The notes beneath the pieces are model-generated. The model ran no database searches, was not told where the DNA came from, and saw only the letters and a list, made by a program, of their open reading frames with translations. The position numbers were made by a program, and so were the translations under genes. Shown here piece after piece: positions 9,340 through 19,619 of a stretch of DNA of 64,000 nucleotides. Origin of the DNA: an uncultured bacterium (GTDB lineage Bacteria; Verrucomicrobiota; Verrucomicrobiia; Limisphaerales; UBA8199); contig CAVVMW010000001.1 in assembly GCA_963749495.1 (NCBI GenBank), positions 576,001-640,000 of the forward strand, written 5' to 3'. Every line of letters starts with the position of its first letter. Position 1 is the first letter of the stretch.

Positions 9340-9956
9340 GGAGGCGGCGCCTTTTTAGACGCCACCGAGGCGACGGTGAGGCGGAGGCGATTGGAGATGA
9401 GGGCGGCGCGTTTGGGCTCATCCTTGACGCCCTGGCCCATGCCTTCGAGGATAGGAGCCGACTCGGCTTCCTTCATCATGGCAAGGATCTTCACCACCAG
9501 CTCGTCGTCCATCTCGCGCATGATGCGGGCGGCGCTCTCGGGGGTCATCAAGGCATAGACCTTGGCGAGCTTTTTCAGATTGGCGGCTTCTTCTTCTCCG
9601 ACGCGGATGATAGTTGCCTCGATATTTGTCTTGAGCTGATACACGGCCTGGGTGACGGAGTAGATTTCCTGGCGTTCGGCCTTGAGACGGGCCTCCAGTT
9701 CGTCGAGTTGCAGGGCGCGCGTGCGCAGGCCCTCGCGCTGCTCCTTGAGTTCGGCAATCAGTTGGGTCATTTCCGGGTTTTCGAAGTCCCATGACGGGCC
9801 GCCAAAGGAGTGCGGGCCAGCGCTGACGCGGGCGCGCAGCGCGACCTGAGCGCGGGCCAACCGTTGCTGGTGCTCAAGACACAGCCAGGTCGTGATCAGG
9901 TAGGCAGCCATGCCCAGGGCAACGGCCATCCATCTGGTTTGCAGCAGGCCTCTCAT
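9336..9956 (-). CDS. MgtE_N-domain flagellar protein (YlxF/MotE/FlbB-like)
   Basis: N-terminal TM, coiled coil, LKKLAKVYALMTPESAARIM..VKILAMMKEAESAPILEGM; between fliJ and fliK. Confidence 0.8.
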   Translation of the reverse strand: MRGLLQTRWMAVALGMAAYLITTWLCLEHQQRLARAQVALRARVSAGPHSFGGPSWDFENPEMTQLIAELKEQREGLRTRALQLDELEARLKAERQEIYSVTQAVYQLKTNIEATIIRVGEEEAANLKKLAKVYALMTPESAARIMREMDDELVVKILAMMKEAESAPILEGMGQGVKDEPKRAALISNRLRLTVASVASKKAPPP

Positions 9957-10426
9957 AGCATCAGTGAAGGTGCTTCACGGCTCGAATTGGCCGGGAAGGG
10001 GCGGCGCTGGGAGAATTCATCGATGAGCTTTTGCTCGGCGCGCGCAACCTCATAGTCATAAACCCGGCGTTGACGGTCGCGGAGGCGCTCGAGGGTCTCC
10101 CGTTGAAGAGAGGCCTGGAGCAATCCGCGGCGGGCCTCCTCGAGTTGTTGGCGGGCCAGGGCCGCCTCGCGGGCGACCTGGACGCGGCGGTCGTGCAGGG
10201 TGGCAGCGTAGAGGCGCCACTGTTCGAGTTCCTTGGCGCGGGGACCGGCGGCCAGGCGGGCCCGCCGCCGTTCCTCGTCGTCGGCAATCGCCGCATCGGC
10301 GTCGCGCAGGCGGGCGCAGGCCGCGTCCAGCGCCAGGCAGGCGCGAGCGCAGGCCCGCTGGGCGGCCTGCTCGGCCTGCTCGCGCAAGGTCAACACGGCT
10401 TGGAGCCTGAACTGAAATGGCTTCAT
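9953..10426 (-). CDS. fliJ: Flagellar export protein FliJ
   Basis: MKPFQFRLQAVLTLRE...LERLR...EQKLIDE; follows fliI. Confidence 0.9.
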   Translation of the reverse strand: MKPFQFRLQAVLTLREQAEQAAQRACARACLALDAACARLRDADAAIADDEERRRARLAAGPRAKELEQWRLYAATLHDRRVQVAREAALARQQLEEARRGLLQASLQRETLERLRDRQRRVYDYEVARAEQKLIDEFSQRRPFPANSSREAPSLML

Positions 10427-11982
10427 GCCGGGGCGCTCCTTGAGGCCGGGGTGGGTTTAGGGGTGGGCAACGGGGCCAGGGTCTGGCCCAGCAAAGACCA
10501 GGTCTGCTCGAGGGTGAAGCTTTCGGCAACCCCTTGGCGGAGCAACTGGCGCAAAGGCTCATGGCGGGCAATGGCCTCATCGATGACCGGGTTGCTCCCG
10601 GCGGGATAGGCGCCAATGCTGATGAGGTCCTCGTTCTTGCGATAGACCGCCATCTGCTCGCGGGCCCGCGCGACAAGGTCCAGTTGCGCCGGGGTGTGCA
10701 GTTCGCGGGCCAGGCGGCTCACGCTCTGGAGCACCTCGATGGCCGGATAATGGTTTTGGGCGGCCAGGTCGCGCGAGAGCACAATGTGGCCGTCCAGAAT
10801 GGACCGCACGGCGTCCGCAACCGGGTCGTTCATGTCGTCCGCCTCGACCAGGACCGTGAACAGGCCGGTGATGGTGCCGCGCTCGCCGGCGCCGGCTCGC
10901 TCCAGCAGTTGCGGCAGGATCGAGAAGACCGAAGGCGTATAGCCGCGCGTAGTGGCAGGCTCGCCGATGGCCAACCCGATCTCGCGCTGGGCCATGGCCA
11001 ATCGCGTCACCGAATCCATCATCATCAGCACGTTTGCGCCCTGGTCCCGGAAATGTTCGGCGATGGCCATGGCCAGGAAGGCCCCCTTCACTCGAGCCAG
11101 GGCCGGCTCATTGGAGGTGGCCACCACCAGCACCGACTTGCGCCGGCCCGCCTCATCCAGGTCCTTCTCCAGGAAGTCCCGCACCTCGCGGCCGCGCTCG
11201 CCGATGAGGGCAATGACGTTCACGTCGGCCTCGGCATGGCTGGCCATCATGCCCAGGAGCGTGGACTTGCCGACGCCGCTGCCGGAGAAGATGCCCAGGC
11301 GCTGGCCGCGGCCGCAGGGGACGAAGGCATCGAGGGCCTTGATGCCGGTGCGAAAGACCGTCCGGATGCGCTGGCGCCTGAGCGGGTGCGGCGGCTGCAG
11401 GTGCAACCCCACCTGGTGCGGCCCACGAATCAGCCCCGCCCCGTCCAGCGGCCGCCCCAAACCGTCCACCACACGCCCCTTCAAGTCCTCCCCGAAGCTG
11501 ATCGAGAATGGCCCCCCGGTGGCCAGGACCTCGCTGCCCAGGTGAACGCCCCTCACTGGCCCCAGCGGCATCAGCAGCAGATGGTGGTCGCGAAAACCCA
11601 CCACCTCGGCCAGCGTCGTGCCGTCATGGCCGGAGGACTCGATGCGGCAAACCTCGCCCACCGCGGCATGGGGGCCTTCGGACTCGACCACCAGGCCGAT
11701 CAACTGAACGACTCGCCCGCGCGCTTCGGCTGGGCGCGCCTTGCGCACGCGCGCCAGGGCGGAGGCGATTGAGCCGAGCGCGGGCATTGGAGGCGCGCAG
11801 CCTGCCGGCTGCCCCGCGACACAGGCATCCTGGCTGCGCGCTGTGATGCGGGCCGGCGCGCAGTCCGGGATGCCTGCGCCGGGAGCGGCTGCGGCCGGGG
11901 GGGGGCGCAGCGCGCCAGGGGCCATGTCGGCAGGCGCCCCTGGAGCCGGGCAGGACGGTGATTCTGGAAGGCGGCTGCTCAT
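10423..11982 (-). CDS. fliI: Flagellar export ATPase FliI (alternative start 11787)
   Basis: Walker A GSGVGKS, LIGERGREV, MMDSVTR, GEPATTRGY, ILDGHIVLSR. Confidence 0.96.
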   Translation of the reverse strand: MSSRLPESPSCPAPGAPADMAPGALRPPPAAAAPGAGIPDCAPARITARSQDACVAGQPAGCAPPMPALGSIASALARVRKARPAEARGRVVQLIGLVVESEGPHAAVGEVCRIESSGHDGTTLAEVVGFRDHHLLLMPLGPVRGVHLGSEVLATGGPFSISFGEDLKGRVVDGLGRPLDGAGLIRGPHQVGLHLQPPHPLRRQRIRTVFRTGIKALDAFVPCGRGQRLGIFSGSGVGKSTLLGMMASHAEADVNVIALIGERGREVRDFLEKDLDEAGRRKSVLVVATSNEPALARVKGAFLAMAIAEHFRDQGANVLMMMDSVTRLAMAQREIGLAIGEPATTRGYTPSVFSILPQLLERAGAGERGTITGLFTVLVEADDMNDPVADAVRSILDGHIVLSRDLAAQNHYPAIEVLQSVSRLARELHTPAQLDLVARAREQMAVYRKNEDLISIGAYPAGSNPVIDEAIARHEPLRQLLRQGVAESFTLEQTWSLLGQTLAPLPTPKPTPASRSAPA

Positions 11983-11983
11983 G

Positions 11984-12577
11984 TCATTGTGCCAGGGATT
12001 GGCGGATGAGTTCGAGCTTGGTCTCGCGGCGGGCATCGAGCAGGCCGAAGCGGGTCTGGACCAGGCAGCCGCCGCGGGTGACCTCGGGCGAGGCACGGAA
12101 ATGGATGCGTTCGTTGCCCGGCCCGGGCAGCAGGACCGGCGAATTGCATTGCTGCAGCAAGGCCAGGTCGTCCGCGTGCAGCGCAACCTCCAATTCGGCG
12201 CTCTCCTGGACCTGCGCGAGCGCGGAGCGGATGGCCGCCTCGACCATCTGGGCTGAGATTGGCAGGCCGCAGACGAGCCGGGTGGCGACCTCGATGGCCA
12301 GCTCGATCAGGTCGGACTCGCATTGGCGGGCCACCTGGGGCAGGGCCTGGCGCAACGAGGCCAGGACGCCGTTCTGGAGTTCCATCAGTTCGCGGCGCTG
12401 GCGCAGGAGTTGCTCGCTGAGGCGTTTTTCACCGTTACGGAGGCCCCGTTCATAAGCGGCCTGCTCGAGCCGGGGGTTGCCCGCCGGCTGGCTCCCATCG
12501 TCCTGGGCGGCGCGAAAGCCGGCCAGGTGGACGTGGAGCAGAGGCTGGCCGCAGGGAACGGGCTTAGACCATTTCAT
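11984..12577 (-). CDS. fliH: Flagellar assembly protein FliH
   Basis: AYERGLRNG GxxxG repeat, LHADDL, GGCLVQTRFGLLDA; between fliG and fliI. Confidence 0.9.
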   Translation of the reverse strand: MKWSKPVPCGQPLLHVHLAGFRAAQDDGSQPAGNPRLEQAAYERGLRNGEKRLSEQLLRQRRELMELQNGVLASLRQALPQVARQCESDLIELAIEVATRLVCGLPISAQMVEAAIRSALAQVQESAELEVALHADDLALLQQCNSPVLLPGPGNERIHFRASPEVTRGGCLVQTRFGLLDARRETKLELIRQSLAQ

Positions 12578-13621
12578 AACGGTTGTCTTTGCGGAGATTG
12601 CCAAGGTCAACGGTGCCTTCGGCCTCGAGACGGCGGACCGCATCGATGATGCGCAACTGGGTGGCCTCGATGTCGCGCAGGCGGACGGGCCCCATGAAGC
12701 TCATCTCCTCGGTCACGGCCTCGGCGGCGCGTTTGGTGACGCAGCCCAGGAGCTTGGTCTTGAGCTTGTCGCTGCCGCTCTTGAGGGCCAGCGCCAGTTC
12801 GCGCATATCGACCTCGCGCAGGATGCGCTGGAGGGTGACCGTATCGAGGTTGGCCAGGTCCTCGAAGGTGAACATCTTGTGGCGGATCGACTGGCCCAGC
12901 TCGGGATTGCGTTCCTCGAGGGCGCTCAAGACGGTCTTGCCCTGGGCGTTGTCCATGGCATTGAGGAGGTCTGCGGCGCTCTTGACGCCGCCGGTCTGGC
13001 TCAGGGCGCGGGTGGGGCTGACGCCGCGTTTGGCGACGAGGATTTCGACGACCTTCTCGACCACCTCGACCGGGGCGGGGGCGAGGGTGGCGATGCGTTC
13101 GAGGATCTTGTCGCGCTGCTCGGGCTGGAAATAGGAGAGGGCCTCGGCGGCCTTGCCGGCCCCCGAATAGGAGAGCACCAGGGCCACGGTTTGGGGCTGC
13201 TCGTTGCGCAGGAGGTTGTAAATCTGCCGCGCCTCCATGTCCAGGATTTCGCGCATGGGGGCGGCGGTCGTGCGGGCCGGGGCCACACGGTCCATGATCT
13301 CGGCCGCCTTGAACACGCCGATGGCCTTCTCCAGAGTCGCCCGGGTGACCTCAATCCCGCCGCGAATGGCCGTGCCGGCCTCGACGGCGACCTCGGAGAA
13401 TTCGGCCAGGATCTCCGTCTGCAGTTGCTGGCTGATCATGCCGAACTTGGACATCTCGGCGGAGATCGACTCGACCTGGGGGGCTCGAAGCCGCGCAGGA
13501 CCTGGGCGGCGGCGTCAGGCCCCAGGATGACCAGCAGGGCGGCCAGCTTCTGAATGCGGGAGAGTTTGGGGGCCTCGGCCCTGCTCTCGGCAGATTTGCT
13601 CGCAAGCTCAGGTGTGGGCAT
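12564..13621 (-). CDS. fliG: Flagellar motor switch protein FliG (frameshift near 13480)
   Basis: QKLAALLVILG, NEQPQTVAL, GGVKSAADLLN, MFTFEDL, GPVRLRDIE split over two ORFs at a G-run. Confidence 0.93.
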
Positions 13622-13626
13622 AACGC

Positions 13627-15253
13627 TCAACTGGAGGGCGGGGTTTCGCCGCGATCAAGCCAGGCCCGGATGGCCTGGGTCATGTTCTGCGGGTTCTCCT
13701 TGATCAGTTGGTTGAGGACCTCGACGGTCACCACGCCGCTGGCCGGCTCGGGACGGGGTTCGAGGCCCAAAGTGCCCCGGCCGCCGCCGTGGCCGTTGCC
13801 CAGGTGCAGCGGCAGCCGCCCCGCGGGCACCCCCATCTGGATGTCCTCGACCGTGGTCCGTTTGAAGAGGCGGATGAAGACAAAGAGAATCCCCAGCGCC
13901 AGCGTCGGGTAGGCCAGGTTGCGGGCAATCGTCCACCAGAAATCACGCCGGTCCTGGGTTTCCAGGTGATGCGCCACTTCCGTGGCGAACTGGTCGTTGA
14001 AAGGCAATTCCTCGAGTTGGATCTGGTCGCCCCGCGTCGAGACGATGCCCAGGGCGCTGCTGACGATGTTGCTCAGTTGGTTGATTTCCAGGTCCGGGCG
14101 TTTGACGATCTTGCGCGCGGACCCGGTGCCTTCCACCTTGGCGGCCACGGTGACGGCAGCCGAGAGGCGCTTGATGCCGCCGGCGGCCTGCATGACGGTG
14201 CTGGTCGTCCTGCTGACTTCGGTACTGGGTGGTGTCGGTGATCTTCTTGTTCTTGCTGTTGGTGAGGGGGCCGGCGGCATTGGTGCCGGCGGAGCTGCCC
14301 GGCGTGTTGGCGCTCACGCCCGCGACTTCCCCGCCGTTGGCGGTCGTCGAGTCGTCGGTCGAGGTCTCCTTGGTGGTGAGGCGGGCGACCTGGCCATCGG
14401 GGTCGAACTTCTCTTCGGTGCGTTGGGTGGAGTCGAAGTTGAGCTCGGCGGCGACGCGGACGATGGCCTGGCCCGGGCCGAGGACTTTTTCGAGCATGCC
14501 CTCGGCCTTCCGGGCGAGGTACTGCTCGAGGTTGCGCCGGGCGTCGAGTTGGGTGGCCGTGAGCCCGACCAGGGAATCGTTTTCGACGTTTTCGGACAGG
14601 ACGTTGCCCTGGTTATCGACGATGCTGACGAAGTTGGGCTTGAGACCCTCGACCGAGTTGGCGACCAGGAAGCGGATGGAGCTGACGGCCTGGGGCTGGA
14701 GCTGGGTATTGCCCCGGAGCCGGATGAAGACCGAGGCGGTGGCATGCTTGTCCTTGTCCAGGAGCAGCCGGTTTTCCGGCAGCACGACCATGACTCGAGC
14801 GCTCTCGACCTCGTCGATTTGGGCGATGGTCCGGGCCAGTTCCCCTTGCAGGGCGCGCACGTAATTGGCCCGCTGCACGAAATCCGAAATCCCGAAATTC
14901 GGTTTGTCGAAGATCTCGAAGCCGACGCCGTCGCTGCGGGGGATGCCTTTGCCGGCCAGTTGCATGCGCACCAGGTGTACCTTTTCGCTCGGCACCAGGA
15001 TCGAGCCGCCGCCGGCGCCGACTTTGTAGGCCACCTTGGCATCGTCGAGGGCGGCGATGACCCTGGAGGCCTCCCCATCGGAGAGCTTGCCGTAGAGCAG
15101 GCTGTATTCGGCGCGGCCCGACCACCAGGCGACGGCCAGGATGCCCAGGAACGTCGCGGCAGTGGCCAGGACAACGCTCACCCGCTGGTTTGTGCCCAGT
15201 TGTTTCCAGATCTCCTGCAACTGGCGTCCGATTTTGGCAACGTTGGGATTCAT
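13627..15253 (-). CDS. fliF: MS-ring protein FliF (frameshift near 14225)
   Basis: GFEIFDKPNFGISDF..RALQGELARTI, GGIKRLSAAV, RGDQIQL, C-terminal TM and ENPQ..AIRAWL. Confidence 0.93.
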
Positions 15254-15277
15254 CGACAAACAGGGCCAAGCACCGCG

Positions 15278-15664
15278 TTACACCTGCATCTGCATGAGTT
15301 GCTGGTAGGAATCCAGGAGCTTGTTGCGGACCTCGACCATCAACTGGAAGGAGATACTGGCCTCTTCTGCGGCAATCATGGCCTGGTGCAGGGAGACGTT
15401 CTGGCCGCTCTGGAGGTCCTGGAGGGCCTGGGCCGCGGCGCTCTGCTTGGCACTGACGTCGTTGACCATCTGCCCGAGGAGGGTGCCGAAGGAGCTGCCG
15501 GAGGGTTGGAGGGCCGAAACCTGGTTGCCGGGCAGCGCGGCATTGAGTTCGCGCAGTTCGGCCACAGGGATGGAGGTGGCAGACGGGGTTGCCCGGTCTG
15601 CGGGGTTCAGCGGGGCAGGGGGTAAGCCCGACCACAGTTGGCGGATCGAGGCGAGCGCGTTCAC
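15278..15664 (-). CDS. fliE: Hook-basal body protein FliE
   Basis: LHQAMIAAEEASISFQLMVEVRNKLLDSYQQLMQMQV. Confidence 0.95.
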   Translation of the reverse strand: MNALASIRQLWSGLPPAPLNPADRATPSATSIPVAELRELNAALPGNQVSALQPSGSSFGTLLGQMVNDVSAKQSAAAQALQDLQSGQNVSLHQAMIAAEEASISFQLMVEVRNKLLDSYQQLMQMQV

Positions 15665-15675
15665 GGGTCAGCGGC

Positions 15676-16107
15676 CTAGTGTTTGCCGATCGTAAGGTCC
15701 TGCATGGCCATCGCCCGGCCATTTTTCAGGACGGCCAGGTTGGCCTCGTAGGTGCGATCGGCCACGATCATGTCGGCCATTTCCTGGTAAATATTGACGT
15801 TGGGAAACTGGACCATCCCGCTGGCATCGGCATCCGGGTGGCCGGGTTGGTAGATGGTGGGGCCCGGGCGGGGGTCCTTTTGAATGCGGGCTACCTGGGG
15901 TGCCTGGAGTGCGGCCCGGCTGCCCTCGGCCGCCTGGGCCTTCTGCAGCACGCCCTCGAAGACGACCTGCTGGCGCTGATAAGGCCCCCCGTCGGGACCC
16001 CGTGTCGTGTTGGCATTGGCGATGTTCTGGGCGATGACTTCCAGGCGCGTCCGCTCGGCGTCCAGGGCGGCAGTGGTGCTTGGGAGGCTCGGGATGAGTT
16101 GAACCAT
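15676..16107 (-). CDS. flgC: Basal body rod protein FlgC
   Basis: AQNIANANTTR..PYQRQ, YQPGHPDAD..PNVN..EMADM..RTYEAN. Confidence 0.95.
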   Translation of the reverse strand: MVQLIPSLPSTTAALDAERTRLEVIAQNIANANTTRGPDGGPYQRQQVVFEGVLQKAQAAEGSRAALQAPQVARIQKDPRPGPTIYQPGHPDADASGMVQFPNVNIYQEMADMIVADRTYEANLAVLKNGRAMAMQDLTIGKH

Positions 16108-16115
16108 AGCGAGGG

Positions 16116-16499
16116 TTAGGACGATTTTCCGGTGACCGCCATGCGAAGCCTGGCCAGGGCGGCGCTCACAACTTGGGACTCGACGGTGTGCTCCAGGGTG
16201 TTCTGGCCCAACTCGACCAACTCGCGCTCGATGTTGACGGTGTTGCCATCGCGGTTGGCGGGCAGCGCCTTGGCATCCACGGCGACCTGCGGCTGCAAGG
16301 CGCACAGGCGCGCCGCATCGTGGCTGGCCAGGGCATTTTGGAGTTCGGTGCGAAAGGAGGGGGCGAGATCCATCCGCCGGTAATGGGGCGTCTCGGCGTT
16401 GGCGATATTGGCTGCAATCACCGCATGCCTCACGACCGTGGCGTCGAGCATCCGTTTGGCACCCAGATACCCCGGTTGATTGAACAAGGCTTCGATCAT
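16116..16499 (-). CDS. flgB: Basal body rod protein FlgB
   Basis: IAANIANAETPHYRRMD, RDGNTVNIERE. Confidence 0.95.
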   Translation of the reverse strand: MIEALFNQPGYLGAKRMLDATVVRHAVIAANIANAETPHYRRMDLAPSFRTELQNALASHDAARLCALQPQVAVDAKALPANRDGNTVNIERELVELGQNTLEHTVESQVVSAALARLRMAVTGKSS

Positions 16500-16523
16500 G
16501 AAACGATTAGCTGCCCTGGGTGA

Positions 16524-16540
16524 AGCAACACCGGTGCCAG
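16524..16540 (-). promoter_or_regulatory. Sigma-54 (-24/-12) promoter of the flagellar operon
   Basis: Minus strand reads CTGGCACCGGTGTTGCT = TGGCAC-N5-TTGC consensus, about 25 nt upstream of flgB ATG. Confidence 0.8.
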
Positions 16541-16663
16541 GGGCGCCCAGCGGGCCATTTTAGCCCAAGACCGCTTCCAAGGGGAAAAAACCTCCCGGCC
16601 CCCCGACTGGGTAGGCAAGAGTTGTAGCTCCGGCTTGTCGGACAGGTCCGGCCTCCGCCCCAC

Positions 16664-16789
16664 TGCGCCGGATTATGAGTGACTTTCGCGACCTTTGTCG
16701 TTGCCTTTGTCGCAACCTTTGTCGAAAACCCGCCCAATTCGACAAAGGTTGCGACAAAGGTTGCGACAAAGACACCAAAGTCCGGTGCA
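16664..16789. mobile_element. MITE-like 12-mer hairpin element (CCTTTGTCGCAA)n/(TTGCGACAAAGG)n; other copies near 3200-3281, 7624-7720, 30518-30610, 42076-42160 and 57621-57756
   Basis: Six dispersed copies read directly; translates to the spurious TKVATKVATK and LCRNLCR peptides in the ORF track. Confidence 0.85.
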
Positions 16790-16795
16790 ACACCC

Positions 16796-18800
16796 CTATG
16801 CTCCCACGCTCTTGCGCTCCGGGGCCGACGCCGGGTGGCGGAGGGCCGCATGGATGGACTCCAGCAGGCTCTGAACCGTGAAGGGCTTGGGGAGAAAGGA
16901 GATGTCGCCCCCGCCCTCGTCCGGGACGCCGCTCTCGTTGGGGGCAGCGCCGCTGACGGCCAGGATGGGCAGGCGGGCGTCGTGGGAGCGGAGGGCCTTG
17001 ATGACTGCCGGGCCGTCCAGGTTGGGCATCAGCAGGTCGAGGATGACGGCACGAATGGAGGCGTGGTGACGCGAAAAGATTGCCAGGGCCTCGCGCCCGT
17101 CACCGGCGGCCAGCGCCCGGTAACCGTGCGTTTCAAGAATGTGCTTGACCAGCTTGACGATGGACTGTTCGTCATCCACGACGAGGATGAGTTCGCCGCA
17201 GCCCAAGGGGAGCGGAGGCGAGTCGGGGGCGGCGATTTCAGCGGTCTGGTCCTCCGGGGCGGGTAAATAGACCGCGAAGCAGGAGCCGCGCCCCAAATCG
17301 CTTTGGACCTGGACGAACCCGCCATGGTTGCGGGCGATGTCGCGGACGGTGGACAGGCCAAGGCCAGTGCCCTGCCCAACCGGTTTAGTGGTGAAGAACG
17401 GGGTGAAGATCTTGCCCAGGACCTCCGGGGTCATGCCGGTGCCGGTGTCGGCCACCTCCAGGGCCACGTGGGGGCCGGAGGCCCGCTCGGTGTCGTCGCC
17501 CTGGACCGGCGGGTCAAGCCGGACGTTGCGGGCGGACAGGGTCAAGGTGCCGCCCTGGGGCATCGCGTCGCGCGCGTTGACGCACAGGTTGAGCAGGACC
17601 TGGTGGATCTGGGTGGCGTCGCCCACGATTTCCCAGGCCTCATCGGGGATGTCGATGCGCAGTTGGATGGATTTGGGGAAGGTCTCCTGGATGATCTTGC
17701 TGACCTCCTTGATGAGGGCCTTGGGCCGGAGGCAGACGCGGGCGCCCTCGACGCCGCGGCTGAAGGTGAGCAACTGGCGCACGATGCCGGCGCCGCGCTG
17801 GGCGCTGCTGGCCAGGATCTGCAGCAGCATCTGCTCCTGCTCGTCGCGGGAGTGCAGGCGCAGCACGTCCACCGCCATCGAGACCGGCGCCAGGACATTG
17901 TTCAAGTCATGCGCAATCCCGCTCGCCAGCGCCCCAATCGTCTCCAGCCGCTGCACACGCAGGAACCGGGCCTCCAACGACTTCTTCTCCGTGACATCCG
18001 TGCTCACCACCAGGATTGACTTGGGCTTGCGCGCCTGGTCGAGCACCAGCGTCGCCCGGCTGTGAACGATCACCGGCCGGCCATCGCGATGGACCTGGCG
18101 CAACTCGCCATCCCACTGCCCGTACTTGAGCGTGGCTTCCAGGGCCTGGATGAATTCCGCCGGGACTTCCTCGAAGAAGAGGCTGGGCATCGTGCCCGAG
18201 CGCCTCCTCGACCGGCCAGCCATAGAGCTTCTCCGCCGCGTGGTTCCAATAAAGGACGCGCGCGTCCAGGTCCAAAACGGTGATGGCGTCGTGGGCGATG
18301 TCCAGCAAGGCGGCCTGCTCGCGGAGGCGCTCCTCGGCCCGCTGGCGCTCGGTCAGGTCCTCCAGGCACAACAGGACCATGGTCTGATCGGCCACCACGA
18401 GCCTGGTCACCGAGGCCAGGAGGGTGGCCACGCGGGAGGCGCCGTCGCGGCCCAGGAGCGGGCGCACATAGAACCTCGAGCCTGGGCCGGGCTGGCGCAG
18501 GGCCTGGTCCACCGCGCGGTGCAAGGCGCAGGGACCGCACTCGGGCCCGGCGCCGCACGTGCTCGAATCGTGGCGCTCCTGACCCCAGCCCAGCACCGCC
18601 TCGACCGGTTTGCCAGCCAGGGCCTGGGCCGCGCAGCCTGCCAGGCCGGCCGCCGCGCGGTTGGCGCGCACCACCTGCCGCCGGGCATCCACCAAGACCA
18701 GTATCACCGGCGCATGCTCGTAGATGGCGCCCAATTGGCTCTGCGCAACCTCGTCGCGCAACGCGGCGCCCTCGCCGTGGCTGATGGCTGGGGACTTCAT
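16796..18800 (-). CDS. PAS-PAS hybrid histidine kinase with C-terminal receiver (frameshift near 18195)
   Basis: Two PAS-like segments; LASGIAHDLNN H-box, NLCVNARDAM, DTGTGM, PFFTTK, GTGLGL; REC LVVDDE/LDLLMP/LPKPF. Confidence 0.92.
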
Positions 18801-18933
18801 GTCGGAAATGGCGCCGCCGGAAATACCGCTCCCGTTCCGCCGGCCACCTTAGTTCGTCCGTGTAGCTTATCGGCTTGCCCGGCAGAAAGTTAAGCGCCGG
18901 CGCGGAAAAGCCCTGGCCGCCGCCGCTGCTCCG

Positions 18934-19605
18934 TCACCGCGTAGCGGTGCCCGATGGTAGCCGTGGACTTCCAGTCCACGGACCCGTGGCCCAAGCTCGG
19001 CCGCGTCGCGTAGCGACGCCTGAAAACACCGAAGCCGTCAGGCGTCGCTACGCGACGCGCGACGATTCGGACGCCACAAACCGTGGACCGAGGTCCACGG
19101 CTACCTTCACTGCGCCGCTCCGCGACGCGCGCGCAGCCTCCGGCTCACCGCGTATCGGTGCCCGATGGTAGCCGTGGACTTCCAGTCCACGGACCCGTGG
19201 CCCAAGCTCCACCGCGTCGCGTAGCGACGCCTGAAAACAGCGAAGCCGTCAGGCGTCGCTACGCGACGCGCGACCCTTCCCACGCCCCGAACCGTGGACC
19301 GAGGTCCACGGCTACCTTCACTGCGTCGCTCCGCGACGCGCGCGCAGCCTCCGGCTCACCGCGTAGCGGTGCCCGATGGTAGCCGTGGACTTTAGTCCAC
19401 GGACCCGTGGCCCAAGCTCCACCGCGTCGCGTAGCGACGCCTGAAAACACCGAAGCCGTCAGGCGTCGCTACGCAACGCGCGACGATTCGGACGGCCCGA
19501 ACCGTGGACCGAGGTCCACGGCTACCTTCACTGCGTCGCTCCGCGACGCCCAACGCCCCGAACCGTGGACCGAGGTCCACGGCTGCCTTCACTGCGTCGC
19601 TGCGC
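18934..19605. repeat. Three tandem 211-bp palindromic units plus a partial unit (BIME-like); single copy at 34549-34745
   Basis: TCACCGCGTA(G/T)CGGTGCCCGATGGTAGCCGTGGAC starts at 18934, 19145 and 19356; internal hairpins CGTCGCGTAGCGACG and CCGTGGAC..GTCCACGG. Confidence 0.95.
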
Positions 19606-19619
19606 GAGGCATGGGGCGC

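Noticed and set aside
1063..12577. Non-flagellar type III secretion system
   Set aside because: Rod, hook, hook-cap and C-ring genes (flgBCDE, fliGMN, fliL) show it is flagellar.
18934..19605. Possible CRISPR array or small repeated ORFs
   Set aside because: Whole 211-bp units repeat with no unique spacers; the ORFs are translations of a palindromic element.
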